DNA of 64,000 nt from Alphaproteobacteria bacterium (lineage in GTDB: Bacteria; Pseudomonadota; Alphaproteobacteria; UBA7887): assembly GCA_965216755.1 (NCBI GenBank), contig CBDCGL010000011.1, positions 1,856,001-1,920,000 of the forward strand, given 5' to 3'. Positions 51,418 to 61,222 of this stretch are shown in pieces. The notes below the pieces were generated by a model that was not told the DNA's origin, made no database searches, and was given only the letters and a program-made list of their open reading frames with translations. The translations under genes were made by a program, and so were the position numbers. Numbering within the stretch: position 1 is the first letter of the stretch; each line of letters starts with the position of its first letter.

Positions 51418-52182
51418 GTTTGTACCTTGCTTGGCTCGTCGTTATTGATCTGATGATCATCTTGCTTGCTATTTTCTGATTCCGCCGCGGCAGCCACCTC
51501 TGCCGCTTCGCGTTCGTGCCGTTCTTGTATCTGAGCACGCAGTGATTGCAATGCCGGCAAAGCGAACTCGTCCCCCCATTCCGGCACAAAATGGCCCGCC
51601 TGTTGTAGGAACATGGCGTCAGCCCCGCCGCGGATCTGGCTGTGTCGTCGGCGCATCGCCGTGTGGCCGACCACCGAATCACGACCGCCAACCAATCACA
51701 CCATCCGGCAAAGGCCGGTCACCTGTCGCCAACCAGCAATTCATGATCAACAACCCGACATAGCGCGCGGGATCGTCCATGGGCAGTGTCAATCCTATGG
51801 TGCCGCCCCAGTCGTGCATCACAAGTACAATATTCTGTAAAGACAAATGGGTAACCAGCCCGTGCGCACACCCACGCAGAACGTCGAAACTGAACGCCGC
51901 CTCGTCGACCGGCTTGTCGGAGCGACCAAAGCCGGGCAGGTCCGGCGCCACCACTCGGCATCCCGCCGCAACCCACACCGGTATGACGCGCCGATACAGA
52001 TGACTCCAACTCGGATGGCCATGGAGACACAAGAGCGTCACGTCGGCATCGTGATCGCCTTCGTCCACATAGTGAATCCGGAGACTGGGAAGGCCCGGCA
52101 ATTCATCAACGTAATGCGGCGCATACGGGAAATCCTGCAATCCCTCGAAGCGCTCGTCTGGCGTACGCAGTATCTCTGTCAT
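51414..52182 (-). pseudogene. Haloalkane dehalogenase (DhlA-type) with internal deletion and frameshift
   Basis: LRTPDERF, LHGHPSWS, GFGRSDKP and HDWGG are in one frame; GGRDSVVG and AGHFVPEWG are in another; the cap region is missing at about 51690. Confidence 0.85.
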
Positions 52183-52354
52183 CAGCGGCAATCGAACCTT
52201 TCGGCGGATTTGTTCGCGTCAATCAACCTATTAGCATGCCGTCCTTGGAGTGTGAACGTGTGCCGATGGCCCAACCGCCAACGGCCGGCTTGACGCGCGC
52301 GGGCCGTTAGGCCTTGTTAGAGCCCCGTAGTCAGTGCCGTGCTGGGAGCCCACA

Positions 52355-53146
52355 ATGCGTGTCGAACAGATCTTTACCGAGAACGCCTATCGCAACTTCA
52401 ACTATCTCATCGCCTGCGACGAGACTGGTGAGGCCCTTGCCGTAGATCCGCTCGATCATCGTAAATGCCTGGCCGCGGCCAAAGCCCATGGCTGGGACAT
52501 CACATTGGTTCTCAACACCCACGAACATGGTGACCATACCGGCGGCAACAAGGCGATGATTGCCGCGACCGGCGCCAAGCTCCTCGCCCACGCCGGCGCG
52601 AAAGAAAAGATTCCGGGAATTGATCGTGGTCTTGTCGCGGACGATGCCATACGGATCGGCAGGACGGTGGAGCTGCAAGTGCTCGATACGCCGGGCCACA
52701 CAATGAGCCATGTGTGCGTTTTGGCGCACGCCGACGGTCCAGCGCTATTTTGCGGCGACACGCTCTTCAATGCCGGGGCCGGCAACTGCCATAATGGCGG
52801 CCATCCGGAAGAGCTTTTCGACACATTTGCCGAACAGTTGGCGCAGCTGCCAGACGATACCAAGATTTTTCCCGGACATGACTATATCGGCAACAATCTC
52901 GAATTTACGCTGGACCGCGAACCAGACAATCAGCGCGCGCGCGCGTTGCTCAAAGACGTCAAGGACCAAGACCCGCACTGCCCGCTCGTGACAACGATCG
53001 CGTTGGAAAAACAGGTCAACACGTTTTTCCGACTCAGCAACCCGGCGGTGATCGCCGCCCTTTGCGAAAGATTTCCGGATTTGCCGGACACGCCGACGCC
53101 GAAACAGGTCTTCCTGAAACTACGGGAGTTGCGTAACAGCTGGTAG
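52355..53146 (+). CDS. gloB: Hydroxyacylglutathione hydrolase (glyoxalase II family)
   Basis: NTHEHGDHTGGN, TPGHT, CGDTLF, PGHDY and C-terminal LRELRNSW. Confidence 0.88.
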   Translation: MRVEQIFTENAYRNFNYLIACDETGEALAVDPLDHRKCLAAAKAHGWDITLVLNTHEHGDHTGGNKAMIAATGAKLLAHAGAKEKIPGIDRGLVADDAIRIGRTVELQVLDTPGHTMSHVCVLAHADGPALFCGDTLFNAGAGNCHNGGHPEELFDTFAEQLAQLPDDTKIFPGHDYIGNNLEFTLDREPDNQRARALLKDVKDQDPHCPLVTTIALEKQVNTFFRLSNPAVIAALCERFPDLPDTPTPKQVFLKLRELRNSW

Positions 53147-53153
53147 GCGCGCG

Positions 53154-53486
53154 TCAACCCATCAGGGCGTTTCTGGCGTCGCTGGGCACGTGCACAATCA
53201 GTCCGTCAAGCGCTTCGCTCAACACGATTTGGCAGCCAAGCCGCGAGGTCTTGGTCAGGCCGTAAGCCAGATCAAGCATGTCTTCCTCGTCTTCGCTCGG
53301 CGCAACGAGGCGATCGAAGAATTCGTTTTCGACGATAATGTGGCATGTCGAACACGCCATGGATCCCTCGCAGGCACCCTCTAGATCGATGCCGTGGCGA
53401 TGCGCAACTTCTAAGACCGACCACCCGACCGGTGCCTCAACCTTCAGGCGGGAACCGTCTGGATTGACGAACGTTATCTTCGGCAT
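53154..53486 (-). CDS. fdx: 2Fe-2S ferredoxin (adrenodoxin/ISC type)
   Basis: [21 protein letters not shown] and SRLGCQI. Confidence 0.96.
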   Translation of the reverse strand: MPKITFVNPDGSRLKVEAPVGWSVLEVAHRHGIDLEGACEGSMACSTCHIIVENEFFDRLVAPSEDEEDMLDLAYGLTKTSRLGCQIVLSEALDGLIVHVPSDARNALMG

Positions 53487-53491
53487 GGGCC

Positions 53492-54721
53492 CTATGAACC
53501 TGAAAGGACTGCGTGGCTGGCCGTGTTGGATACCGCATCTGACCGAATTGTGTTAACCGCGCGAACGACACTTGCGATCACCGCGTCGACCTCTGCCTGC
53601 GTCGTGAAGCGCCCGACGCCAAACCGGATTGAACTGCGTGCGACAGCCTCGCCAACACCAGTCGCCTGCAACACGTAGGACGGCTCGACCGCCGCAGATG
53701 TGCACGCCGAACCAGTTGATACGGCAATTTCCGGCATCAATGTCATCAGATCCTCCGCATCGACACCGAGAAAACTTACGTTGAGATTGCCGGGCAATCG
53801 ATCTTCCATGTCTCCGTTGACTACCAGGTCCGGCAGTGCGTGCGACAGGCCATTCAGCAAACGATCACGTAACGCACGCAAACGGGACGATTCCTCGCCT
53901 AGGGCAGCGTCGGCTATCGCACAAGCTTGGCCCAAGCCGACGCACAGGGCCGGTGCGACCGTGCCGGATCGCAACGTTCGTTCTTGACCACCACCGCTCA
54001 TCTGCGCGGCAATGCGGGCGCGTGGACGGCGACGCACGAATAACGCGCCAACGCCCTTTGGGCCGTACATCTTGTGCGCTGATATGCTCAACAAATCGAT
54101 CTTCATCATGCCGACGTCCAGCGGTATCTTTCCGGCCGCTTGGGCACAGTCGCTATGAAATAGCACGCCCGCGGCGCGGCATAATGCCCCGATTTCCGCG
54201 ATCGGCTGGATCACACCGATCTCGTTGTGTGCGGCCATGATGGAAACCAAAACCGTCTCCGCCGTAAGCGCCGCGCCGACGGTCTTTGGTTTGACCAAAC
54301 CATTGCGCGCGACCGGCAAATAAGTGACCGCAAAGCCCTGTTGTTCCAGCCATCGGCAACTTTCCAAAACGCATTTGTGTTCGGTCTCGAGGGTTACAAT
54401 GTGGTTTTTCTTACCACGGTGAAACTGCGCCGCGCCCTTGATCGCCAAATTGTTTGCCTCGGTGGCACCCGAAGTGAACACGATTTCGCGTGGCTCCGCG
54501 CCAATCAGCGCGGCTACTTGACCTCGTGCACGCTCGACCGCGGCCGCCGCTTCGCGCCCATAGCTATGGCTTTGCGAGTGTGGATTGCCATAGCACTCGG
54601 TAAAGAATGGCATCATGGCTTCCAAAACCCGCGGATCGACAGCGGTGGTCGCCTGATTGTCCAAGTAAATGGGCTTGCGGGTCATGCCTGTGTGGACCGT
54701 TTTGCCGGTCGCTTCGTTCAT
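53492..54721 (-). CDS. iscS: Cysteine desulfurase IscS
   Basis: [32 protein letters not shown] and STGSACTS. Confidence 0.93.
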   Translation of the reverse strand: MNEATGKTVHTGMTRKPIYLDNQATTAVDPRVLEAMMPFFTECYGNPHSQSHSYGREAAAAVERARGQVAALIGAEPREIVFTSGATEANNLAIKGAAQFHRGKKNHIVTLETEHKCVLESCRWLEQQGFAVTYLPVARNGLVKPKTVGAALTAETVLVSIMAAHNEIGVIQPIAEIGALCRAAGVLFHSDCAQAAGKIPLDVGMMKIDLLSISAHKMYGPKGVGALFVRRRPRARIAAQMSGGGQERTLRSGTVAPALCVGLGQACAIADAALGEESSRLRALRDRLLNGLSHALPDLVVNGDMEDRLPGNLNVSFLGVDAEDLMTLMPEIAVSTGSACTSAAVEPSYVLQATGVGEAVARSSIRFGVGRFTTQAEVDAVIASVVRAVNTIRSDAVSNTASHAVLSGS

Positions 54722-54743
54722 GCGTCGACTTCCAACTAAATCC

Positions 54744-55862
54744 CTATGCTGCGCTTTGTCCGTGACGCGCGCGCGTTCGTCGATAGAGCGCCAACCATGC
54801 GGCGACAGCTCTATCTATATCGCTTTCGGTCGTCGTCCAACCAAGACTAAATCTTATCGCCCCACCAGCTTTCGCGTCATCGGCGCCCATGGCACGCAAG
54901 ACGTGACTTGGCGCGACAGTCCCAGAACTACAGGCAGCACCGGCACTGACCGCGATTTCACTGATGTCCATGGCCATGACCTGCACGTCCGCTCGCACGC
55001 CCGGCATACCCACACAGCTGGTATTTTCGATCCGGGCGGAGTCGGCCCCATATATCGTGGCATCCGGTGCCGCAGACCTGATGGCGTCCTCTAATTGTGC
55101 GCGCAGCTTCTCAACTATTTTCCACTGCCCAAATTGCTGTTGGGCCACTGTGGCGGCGACCCCAAACCCGATAATCCCTGCAACATTCTCGGTGCCCGCC
55201 CGGCGGCCGCGTTCTTGACCCCCGCCAAGTATGATCGGCTCGACATCCAATGTGTCGCGAATGACCAATGCACCAATGCCTTGTGGGCCGCCAAGCTTGT
55301 GCGCCGAGACCGTCACCATATCGGCACCGCTCTCGCGCAAATTGAACGGACGTCGACCAACCCATTGCACGGCGTCGCAATGATAGATCGCGCCAAATTC
55401 GTGTGCCGTGGCGGCAATCTCTGGCACCGGCTGGATAACCCCGGTTTCGTTGTTGGCCGCCATAACCGATACCAACGCCGGCATGCTCGACGACCGCAGC
55501 AGCGCGGCCAATGCGTCAAGCATCACGATGCCTTTGGAATCAACGGGTATGTGGGTAACACCTGTTCGCGCGGCCAGAATCGAGGGGTGTTCCACGGAAG
55601 ACGCGAGGACCGCGCGCGGCGTCCCATTGACGGCCATGGCGTTGGCCTCGGTGCCACCGCTGGTGAAGACCACCTGACGCGGATCCGCCTCGACAAGGGC
55701 GGCAATTGCGGCGCGCGCCCTCTCAACCCCCTGCCGTGCTTCGCGCCCAAATCGGTGAACCGAAGAAGGATTGCCCACCCGGGCCAGCGCCACGTTCATC
55801 GCTTCGCGAACTTCCGGCCTTAGCGGCGCGGTGGCGTTGTAATCCAAATAACCCTTTAACAC
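54744..55862 (-). CDS. Cysteine desulfurase family protein (second NifS/IscS-like)
   Basis: YLDYNATAP, FTSGGTEAN, SAHKLGGP and SAGAACSSG. Confidence 0.93.
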   Translation of the reverse strand: MLKGYLDYNATAPLRPEVREAMNVALARVGNPSSVHRFGREARQGVERARAAIAALVEADPRQVVFTSGGTEANAMAVNGTPRAVLASSVEHPSILAARTGVTHIPVDSKGIVMLDALAALLRSSSMPALVSVMAANNETGVIQPVPEIAATAHEFGAIYHCDAVQWVGRRPFNLRESGADMVTVSAHKLGGPQGIGALVIRDTLDVEPIILGGGQERGRRAGTENVAGIIGFGVAATVAQQQFGQWKIVEKLRAQLEDAIRSAAPDATIYGADSARIENTSCVGMPGVRADVQVMAMDISEIAVSAGAACSSGTVAPSHVLRAMGADDAKAGGAIRFSLGWTTTESDIDRAVAAWLALYRRTRARHGQSAA

Positions 55863-55994
55863 GATGCTTCGGTCGCGCCGCCCATGGCAAGTTGCATCAG
55901 TGCCAGAACAAATCGGCCAAATCGAACCTCAACCGAGCAGACAAGATCAGCGCGATCCGAAATGGCCGCGCCGACCAGAGGCATGTGTCTCGTT

Positions 55995-56513
55995 CTAACG
56001 AAGACCGACAACAACCTCGTCCATTGGCGCACAGGGATTACACGGAGCGCTTGGTGAACAGGGACTCGAAGGCGTTCCCGCCAGTCGCGCCGCGCCATTG
56101 CCCAATCGGCGATGACACACATCATCCAGCGAAACTGAGCTCAAATAGTCCAGAATTTGATTGCCCAGCTCTTCCCACAGATCATGGGCCACACATCGTG
56201 ACCCGTCACTCATACATCCCCTATCGGTCTCCGGCGAACAACGCGGGACCCGCAATGGTTCATCGACGGCAACCACAATTTCGGAGATCTTTACGTCCAT
56301 CGCCGGCCTGGTCAGCATGTAACCCCCGCCCGGACCTCGTACGCTCTTTACCAGCCCCGCGCGCCGCATGCGGCTAAATAGTTGCTCCAAATATGACAAC
56401 GAAATTTCCTGTCGCGCGGCAATATCTGACAAAGCTGTCGGCCGGTCTGCCGCGTTCCGCGCCAAATCAACCATGGCCATGACTGCATAACGACCTTTGG
56501 TACTCAGTCGCAC
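55995..56513 (-). CDS. iscR: Rrf2-family Fe-S cluster regulator IscR
   Basis: MRLSTKGRYAV, ISLSYLEQLF, SVRGPGGGY and ligands C...C...C..H. Confidence 0.92.
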   Translation of the reverse strand: MRLSTKGRYAVMAMVDLARNAADRPTALSDIAARQEISLSYLEQLFSRMRRAGLVKSVRGPGGGYMLTRPAMDVKISEIVVAVDEPLRVPRCSPETDRGCMSDGSRCVAHDLWEELGNQILDYLSSVSLDDVCHRRLGNGAARLAGTPSSPCSPSAPCNPCAPMDEVVVGLR

Positions 56514-56622
56514 AACCTCGATCTCCTCGACAATTGATCCCCTCGCCGTGCGTTGCTCACACGGCGTCTACCGTCGTATCCGCGCGTTTGCGACACCGCC
56601 CCGATGCACACGTGGCCACGGC

Positions 56623-57390
56623 TCAATCCGGCGGAAGGTGGGAGCTCAATCGGTCGCCCGAAATCTGACGCTCGCTACCTGACTCTATGCGCGTTGCCGG
56701 AAGCTGCGCCTCGTCTTGAACGGATTTCGATTCCAATTCCACGATCCGAGCCCGCAAACTACTGACTTCATCCAACAAACCGTCCAGCGCGCGCGCCACC
56801 GGATCCGGAATGTCGCCCGGTGTGCCGTACGCCATAAAACTCTGCTCTTTGGGCTGACTTCGTCGCTTGCCCACCTCTCGCCCAGGGACGCCGACGATCG
56901 TTGCGCATGGCGGTACGTCCTTGATGACCACCGCGTTCGAACCGATGCGTGCGCCGGCGCCGACAGTGATCGGGCCCAAGACCTTGGCGCCCGCGCCGAC
57001 GATGACACCGTCTTCCAAAGTTGGATGCCGTTTGACACCTCGGTCTAGGGATGTTCCGCCCAATGTAACGCCGTGATATATCGTCACTTCGTTCCCAATT
57101 TCGGCGGTTTCCCCAATCACGACACCCATGCCGTGGTCGATGAAAAAGCGATCACCGATGGTCGCACCTGGGTGGATCTCAATGCCCGTCAGCACGCGTC
57201 CCAAATGCGATACAAACCGACCCATGAGATACCATTTGTGACGCCAGAAAAAGCGCGCCAGTCGATAAAACAAAAGCGCATGCAAGCCGGGATAGCACAA
57301 CAATATCTCAATCCGAGAACGTGCTGCCGGGTCGCGCGCCACGATCGTGGCTATATCGTTCCTAAGTCTCTTGAAGGTCATCGGGGCCAT
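56623..57390 (-). CDS. cysE: Serine O-acetyltransferase
   Basis: [28 protein letters not shown] and KRHPTL hexapeptide region. Confidence 0.96.
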   Translation of the reverse strand: MAPMTFKRLRNDIATIVARDPAARSRIEILLCYPGLHALLFYRLARFFWRHKWYLMGRFVSHLGRVLTGIEIHPGATIGDRFFIDHGMGVVIGETAEIGNEVTIYHGVTLGGTSLDRGVKRHPTLEDGVIVGAGAKVLGPITVGAGARIGSNAVVIKDVPPCATIVGVPGREVGKRRSQPKEQSFMAYGTPGDIPDPVARALDGLLDEVSSLRARIVELESKSVQDEAQLPATRIESGSERQISGDRLSSHLPPD

Positions 57391-57478
57391 CGTGCTATCA
57401 TGGGTTTCGAAACCTCGCAGGAAGAACTAAGAACTAAGAATATTCCGTCAGTCGTCATCATCCCAGCTCGAATTCTAG

Positions 57479-57503
57479 ATCTCTGACTATTTTAGTCAAC
57501 ATT
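57479..57503. promoter_or_regulatory. Putative IscR (type 1) operator upstream of the cysE-iscR operon
   Basis: Palindrome CTGACTATTTTAGTCAA resembles the IscR type 1 box GACT-N5-AGTC. Confidence 0.65.
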
Positions 57504-57588
57504 ATTGCTCTCGGGTCGGGCGATGTGTCAAAGACATGTGCGGCCGTTGTCCGGAAACCAGTGTCAGAGTAGTGGGGTGGAAATTACC

Positions 57589-58230
57589 GTGCCAGAGGTA
57601 ATCTTTAACGGTCCCGAGGGCCGCCTGGAAGGGCGGTATCATCACAGCCCGAGCCCGAATGCGCCGATTGCGCTGGTGTTGCACCCACATCCGCAGCACG
57701 GCGGAAACATGAATAATAAGGTTGTCTACAACATCTTCCACACATTCACCCGTATGGGTTTTTCCGTATTGCGATTCAATTTTCGCGGTGTTGGTCGCAG
57801 CCAAGGTGTCTATGACAATGGCCAAGGCGAACTCAGCGATGCGGCTTCCGCGCTCGACTGGATGCAAACCTACAATGCCGACTCCCGTGCTTGCTGGATA
57901 AGCGGCTTTTCGTTCGGCGCATGGATCGCCTTTCAACTCTTGATGCGGCGCCCCGAAATAACGGGATTCGTAACGATCGCGCCGCCGGCGAACATGTTCG
58001 ATTTTTCGTTTTTGGCGCCCTGCCCCGTGTCCGGCATGGTGATTCACGGTGAAGACGACCGGCTCGTACCGGCCGCCTCGGTCGCCAAATTAGCCCATAA
58101 GCTATCGTCCCAAAAGGATGTCGAGATTGACTACCGCCGACTCGCCGGCGCCGACCACTTCTTTGAAGGCTATCTCGAAGAATTGCGGCGTCTGGTTGAG
58201 GAATACGTCGGCGCGCGCATGGTCGCCTAA
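57589..58230 (+). CDS. Alpha/beta hydrolase (conserved neighbour of alphaproteobacterial Fe-S operons)
   Basis: GPEGRLEGRY, HPHPQHGG, RFNFRGVGRS, GFSFG and ADHFF. Confidence 0.93.
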   Translation: MPEVIFNGPEGRLEGRYHHSPSPNAPIALVLHPHPQHGGNMNNKVVYNIFHTFTRMGFSVLRFNFRGVGRSQGVYDNGQGELSDAASALDWMQTYNADSRACWISGFSFGAWIAFQLLMRRPEITGFVTIAPPANMFDFSFLAPCPVSGMVIHGEDDRLVPAASVAKLAHKLSSQKDVEIDYRRLAGADHFFEGYLEELRRLVEEYVGARMVA

Positions 58231-58241
58231 GGCGGCTAGTT

Positions 58242-59345
58242 TCACTGCCCAGATTTGTTGCGATGTTGGCGCGCGTAAAATCGCCGACCGCCTGTGGCAG
58301 GCGCTGTGACCCCGGTCGTCGCCGGTAAACTCAGGGGCAGGCCACGGGCACCGCGCACCGCCAAATAGGCAAATGCTTGTGCTTCAAGCGCGTCACCTTG
58401 CCAGCCGACTGCCTCGACTGGATCGACCGCCACCTGCAGAACGCTTCGAAGCGCCGCCATCATCGCCGAATTGTGACGGCCCCCACCGGTGACCAAGACC
58501 CGCCGCGGCGCCGCTGAAAAGAACAACATCGCACGCTTGACAGCGACCGCCGTGAATGCCGTCAGCGTCGCCGCACCGTCTTCCACGGATAAACCCTGCA
58601 ATACCGTCTTGGTCATTTCACTGAAATGGTCCCGATCCAGGGATTTCGGCGGCGGCAGCCTGAAAAATGCATCTTCGAGCAAGCGATCGACTCGGCTGCT
58701 GTCAACAGTGCCGGCGCGCGCCGCAGCGCCGTTTGTGTCGCGTGATTGCCCCGTACCAACGCGCATCCAGTCGTCCAGCAATGCATTGCCTGGACCTGTG
58801 TCGCAAGCCACGATCTGTCCGTCCTTTCCGACCCAGGTGGTGTTGGCAACGCCACCGATATTCAGAACGACAATCGGACCGGATAATTCGCGACACAATG
58901 CCTGATGAAACAAAGGCGCAAGCGGCGCGCCCTCGCCACCGGACGCCACATCCGCGCTGCGAAAATCGGCAATCACATCAATGCCAATCGTGTCCGCCAG
59001 ACGCTGGGCGTTGCCGATTTGTATTGTCACCCCACGTTCCGGCGCGTGCACAATCGTGTGCCCGTGGAATCCGACCAATTCAACATGCGCGTCGTTCGGT
59101 CCGGCTTCGGCCAACAATTTTTGGACGGCGGCGATATGCACATCTGTCACCGCGTTGGCTGCGGCTTCAAACTCGGTCTCGCGCCCCAGCGCCTCCCGAA
59201 TTGTGGTTTGGTCGGCGGCGCTGTACGGCATTGTCAAATGCGGACCGAACCCGCCGATGACTTCGCCGTCGGTGGTTAGGATTGCGCCGTCGACGCCATC
59301 CATTGACGTGCCGCTCATCAATCCAAGTGCTTTCACTGCCGCCAT
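58242..59345 (-). CDS. anmK: Anhydro-N-acetylmuramic acid kinase
   Basis: GLMSGTSMDGVD, GGEGAPLAP, NIGGVAN, DTGPGN and EAQAFAYLA. Confidence 0.96.
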   Translation of the reverse strand: MAAVKALGLMSGTSMDGVDGAILTTDGEVIGGFGPHLTMPYSAADQTTIREALGRETEFEAAANAVTDVHIAAVQKLLAEAGPNDAHVELVGFHGHTIVHAPERGVTIQIGNAQRLADTIGIDVIADFRSADVASGGEGAPLAPLFHQALCRELSGPIVVLNIGGVANTTWVGKDGQIVACDTGPGNALLDDWMRVGTGQSRDTNGAAARAGTVDSSRVDRLLEDAFFRLPPPKSLDRDHFSEMTKTVLQGLSVEDGAATLTAFTAVAVKRAMLFFSAAPRRVLVTGGGRHNSAMMAALRSVLQVAVDPVEAVGWQGDALEAQAFAYLAVRGARGLPLSLPATTGVTAPATGGRRFYARQHRNKSGQ

Positions 59346-59492
59346 CTTCCCGTTCCAGTTACCAATATGCGCATCGATGATCCGCGCGACCATGCCACTG
59401 GGTCCGATCAGGCGCCATTGCCGCGTGCCGAGTGGTTGTGCTAAGTGGCATCTCCGAAGCGATCACGCCGCGATATAAGGCCCCGCATTTTC

Positions 59493-60746
59493 ATGACAAA
59501 TGCTGAATCCGAATTTCTCCGCACCGTCATCGAACGCGGCTATTTGCACCAATGCACCGACCTTGAGGGGCTGGATCGTGCACTGAACGCTGGCGTTGTC
59601 TCCGCATATATTGGTTTTGATTGCACGGCCGACAGTCTGCACGTCGGTAGCCTGCTTGTGATCATGCTTTTACGGCGACTGCAGCAATGCGGCCATAGAC
59701 CGATCGTGCTGATGGGTGGCGGTACGTCGCGTATCGGCGATCCGTCGGGTAAGGACACGGCACGTCAACTGCTCGGCGATGACCAAATTCGGCGCAATAT
59801 GGAAGGTATTCAGACCGTCTTCCAACGGTTCCTAGATTTCGGCAATGGCCCGACGGGCGCCATCATGGTCAACAACGCGGACTGGTTGGATCAGATCAAC
59901 TACATCGATTTTCTGCGCGACTACGGCCGTTACTTTTCGGTCAATCGCATGTTGTCGTTTGACTCCGTGAAAATTCGTATCGATCGCCAGCAGCCGCTGA
60001 CGTTTCTTGAGTTCAACTACATGGTTCTGCAGGCTTATGATTTTGTTGAATTGGCGCGCCGCGAGAATTGCCGACTGCAAATGGGTGGTTCAGATCAATG
60101 GGGAAACATTGTCAACGGTGTTGATCTGGCGCGACGCCTCGATAACCAGACCCTTTTTGGCCTGACCGCGCCGCTGATGACGACGGCGTCGGGCGCCAAG
60201 ATGGGCAAGACCGCGGAAGGCGCCGTTTGGCTCAACGAAGATCGTTTGTCCGCCTACGACTATTGGCAATACTGGCGCAATACCGAAGACGAAGATGTCG
60301 GCCGTTTTCTGCGGATGTTTACCGACCTGCCAATCGATGAAATCTCACGTCTGGAAGCGTTGCGCGGCGCCGAGATTAACGACGCCAAGAAAGTCTTGGC
60401 GGATGCGGCGACGACCATGTGCCGCGGCGACGCAGCGACACGGCAAGCGGCAGAAACTGCGCATCGGACCTTTGAGCAAGGCGGCCATGGCACAGCGCTG
60501 CCAGTTTTTGAGTTTCCGCGCGCAGATTTTGACGCAGGCATTCCCGTTTTTGACGCCATCCACAAGTCTGGATTATGCGCTTCGAAAGGCGAAGCGCGGC
60601 GATTGATCCGCGGTCGCGGTGCTCGGATCAACGATGCGGTGATCGAGTCCGAAGACCGACTTGTCGATGCAAGTGACTTGAACGCCGACGGCCTGGTCAA
60701 ACTGTCGGCCGGTCGCAAACGGCACGTCTTGATCCGGCCGGTGTGA
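59493..60746 (+). CDS. tyrS: Tyrosine--tRNA ligase
   Basis: [31 protein letters not shown] and a C-terminal S4 domain. Confidence 0.98.
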   Translation: MTNAESEFLRTVIERGYLHQCTDLEGLDRALNAGVVSAYIGFDCTADSLHVGSLLVIMLLRRLQQCGHRPIVLMGGGTSRIGDPSGKDTARQLLGDDQIRRNMEGIQTVFQRFLDFGNGPTGAIMVNNADWLDQINYIDFLRDYGRYFSVNRMLSFDSVKIRIDRQQPLTFLEFNYMVLQAYDFVELARRENCRLQMGGSDQWGNIVNGVDLARRLDNQTLFGLTAPLMTTASGAKMGKTAEGAVWLNEDRLSAYDYWQYWRNTEDEDVGRFLRMFTDLPIDEISRLEALRGAEINDAKKVLADAATTMCRGDAATRQAAETAHRTFEQGGHGTALPVFEFPRADFDAGIPVFDAIHKSGLCASKGEARRLIRGRGARINDAVIESEDRLVDASDLNADGLVKLSAGRKRHVLIRPV

Positions 60747-60763
60747 GCGCGCCGAGGCAAGGT

Positions 60764-61192
60764 TTATTCGAACTGATCGGCCCGTAGCGCCTCGTTCAAC
60801 GTGACCCCTAAGCGGTCTTCGACAACAACGACCTCGCCCTGGGCGACACGCCGTTTGTTGACGTAGATGTCGACCGGATCGCCGACGGTTCGATCCAATT
60901 CCAAGACCGCGCCGCGGCCCATCTTAAGCAATTGTGAAACTTGAATCTGCGCCGATCCCAAGACACAGGAGATTTCGACCGGGACCTCGAACACGGCACT
61001 TGAATCATCGGGCACGACAGTCGCCGACTTGGACATATTGACCGTTTCGGGATGGCTGGTATCGCCCTCGCTTTCGGTCAGATTGCCTTGATCCGATCCG
61101 GCCTCAGTTGGAACCGATTCAGTGCCAACCTCGTCGTCCTGATCGGCACTCTCAGCGGCCGCCTCGGTCTGTTCTTGATCGTCGTCCGACAT
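60764..61192 (-). CDS. fliN: FliN/SpoA-family flagellar switch protein
   Basis: VPVEISCVLGSA..VSQLLKMGRGAVLELDR..GDPVDIYVN..GEVVVV; acidic N-terminal extension. Confidence 0.85.
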   Translation of the reverse strand: MSDDDQEQTEAAAESADQDDEVGTESVPTEAGSDQGNLTESEGDTSHPETVNMSKSATVVPDDSSAVFEVPVEISCVLGSAQIQVSQLLKMGRGAVLELDRTVGDPVDIYVNKRRVAQGEVVVVEDRLGVTLNEALRADQFE

Positions 61193-61222
61193 AGCGCTTC
61201 GCCCCTTTGACCAAACGTTCTC

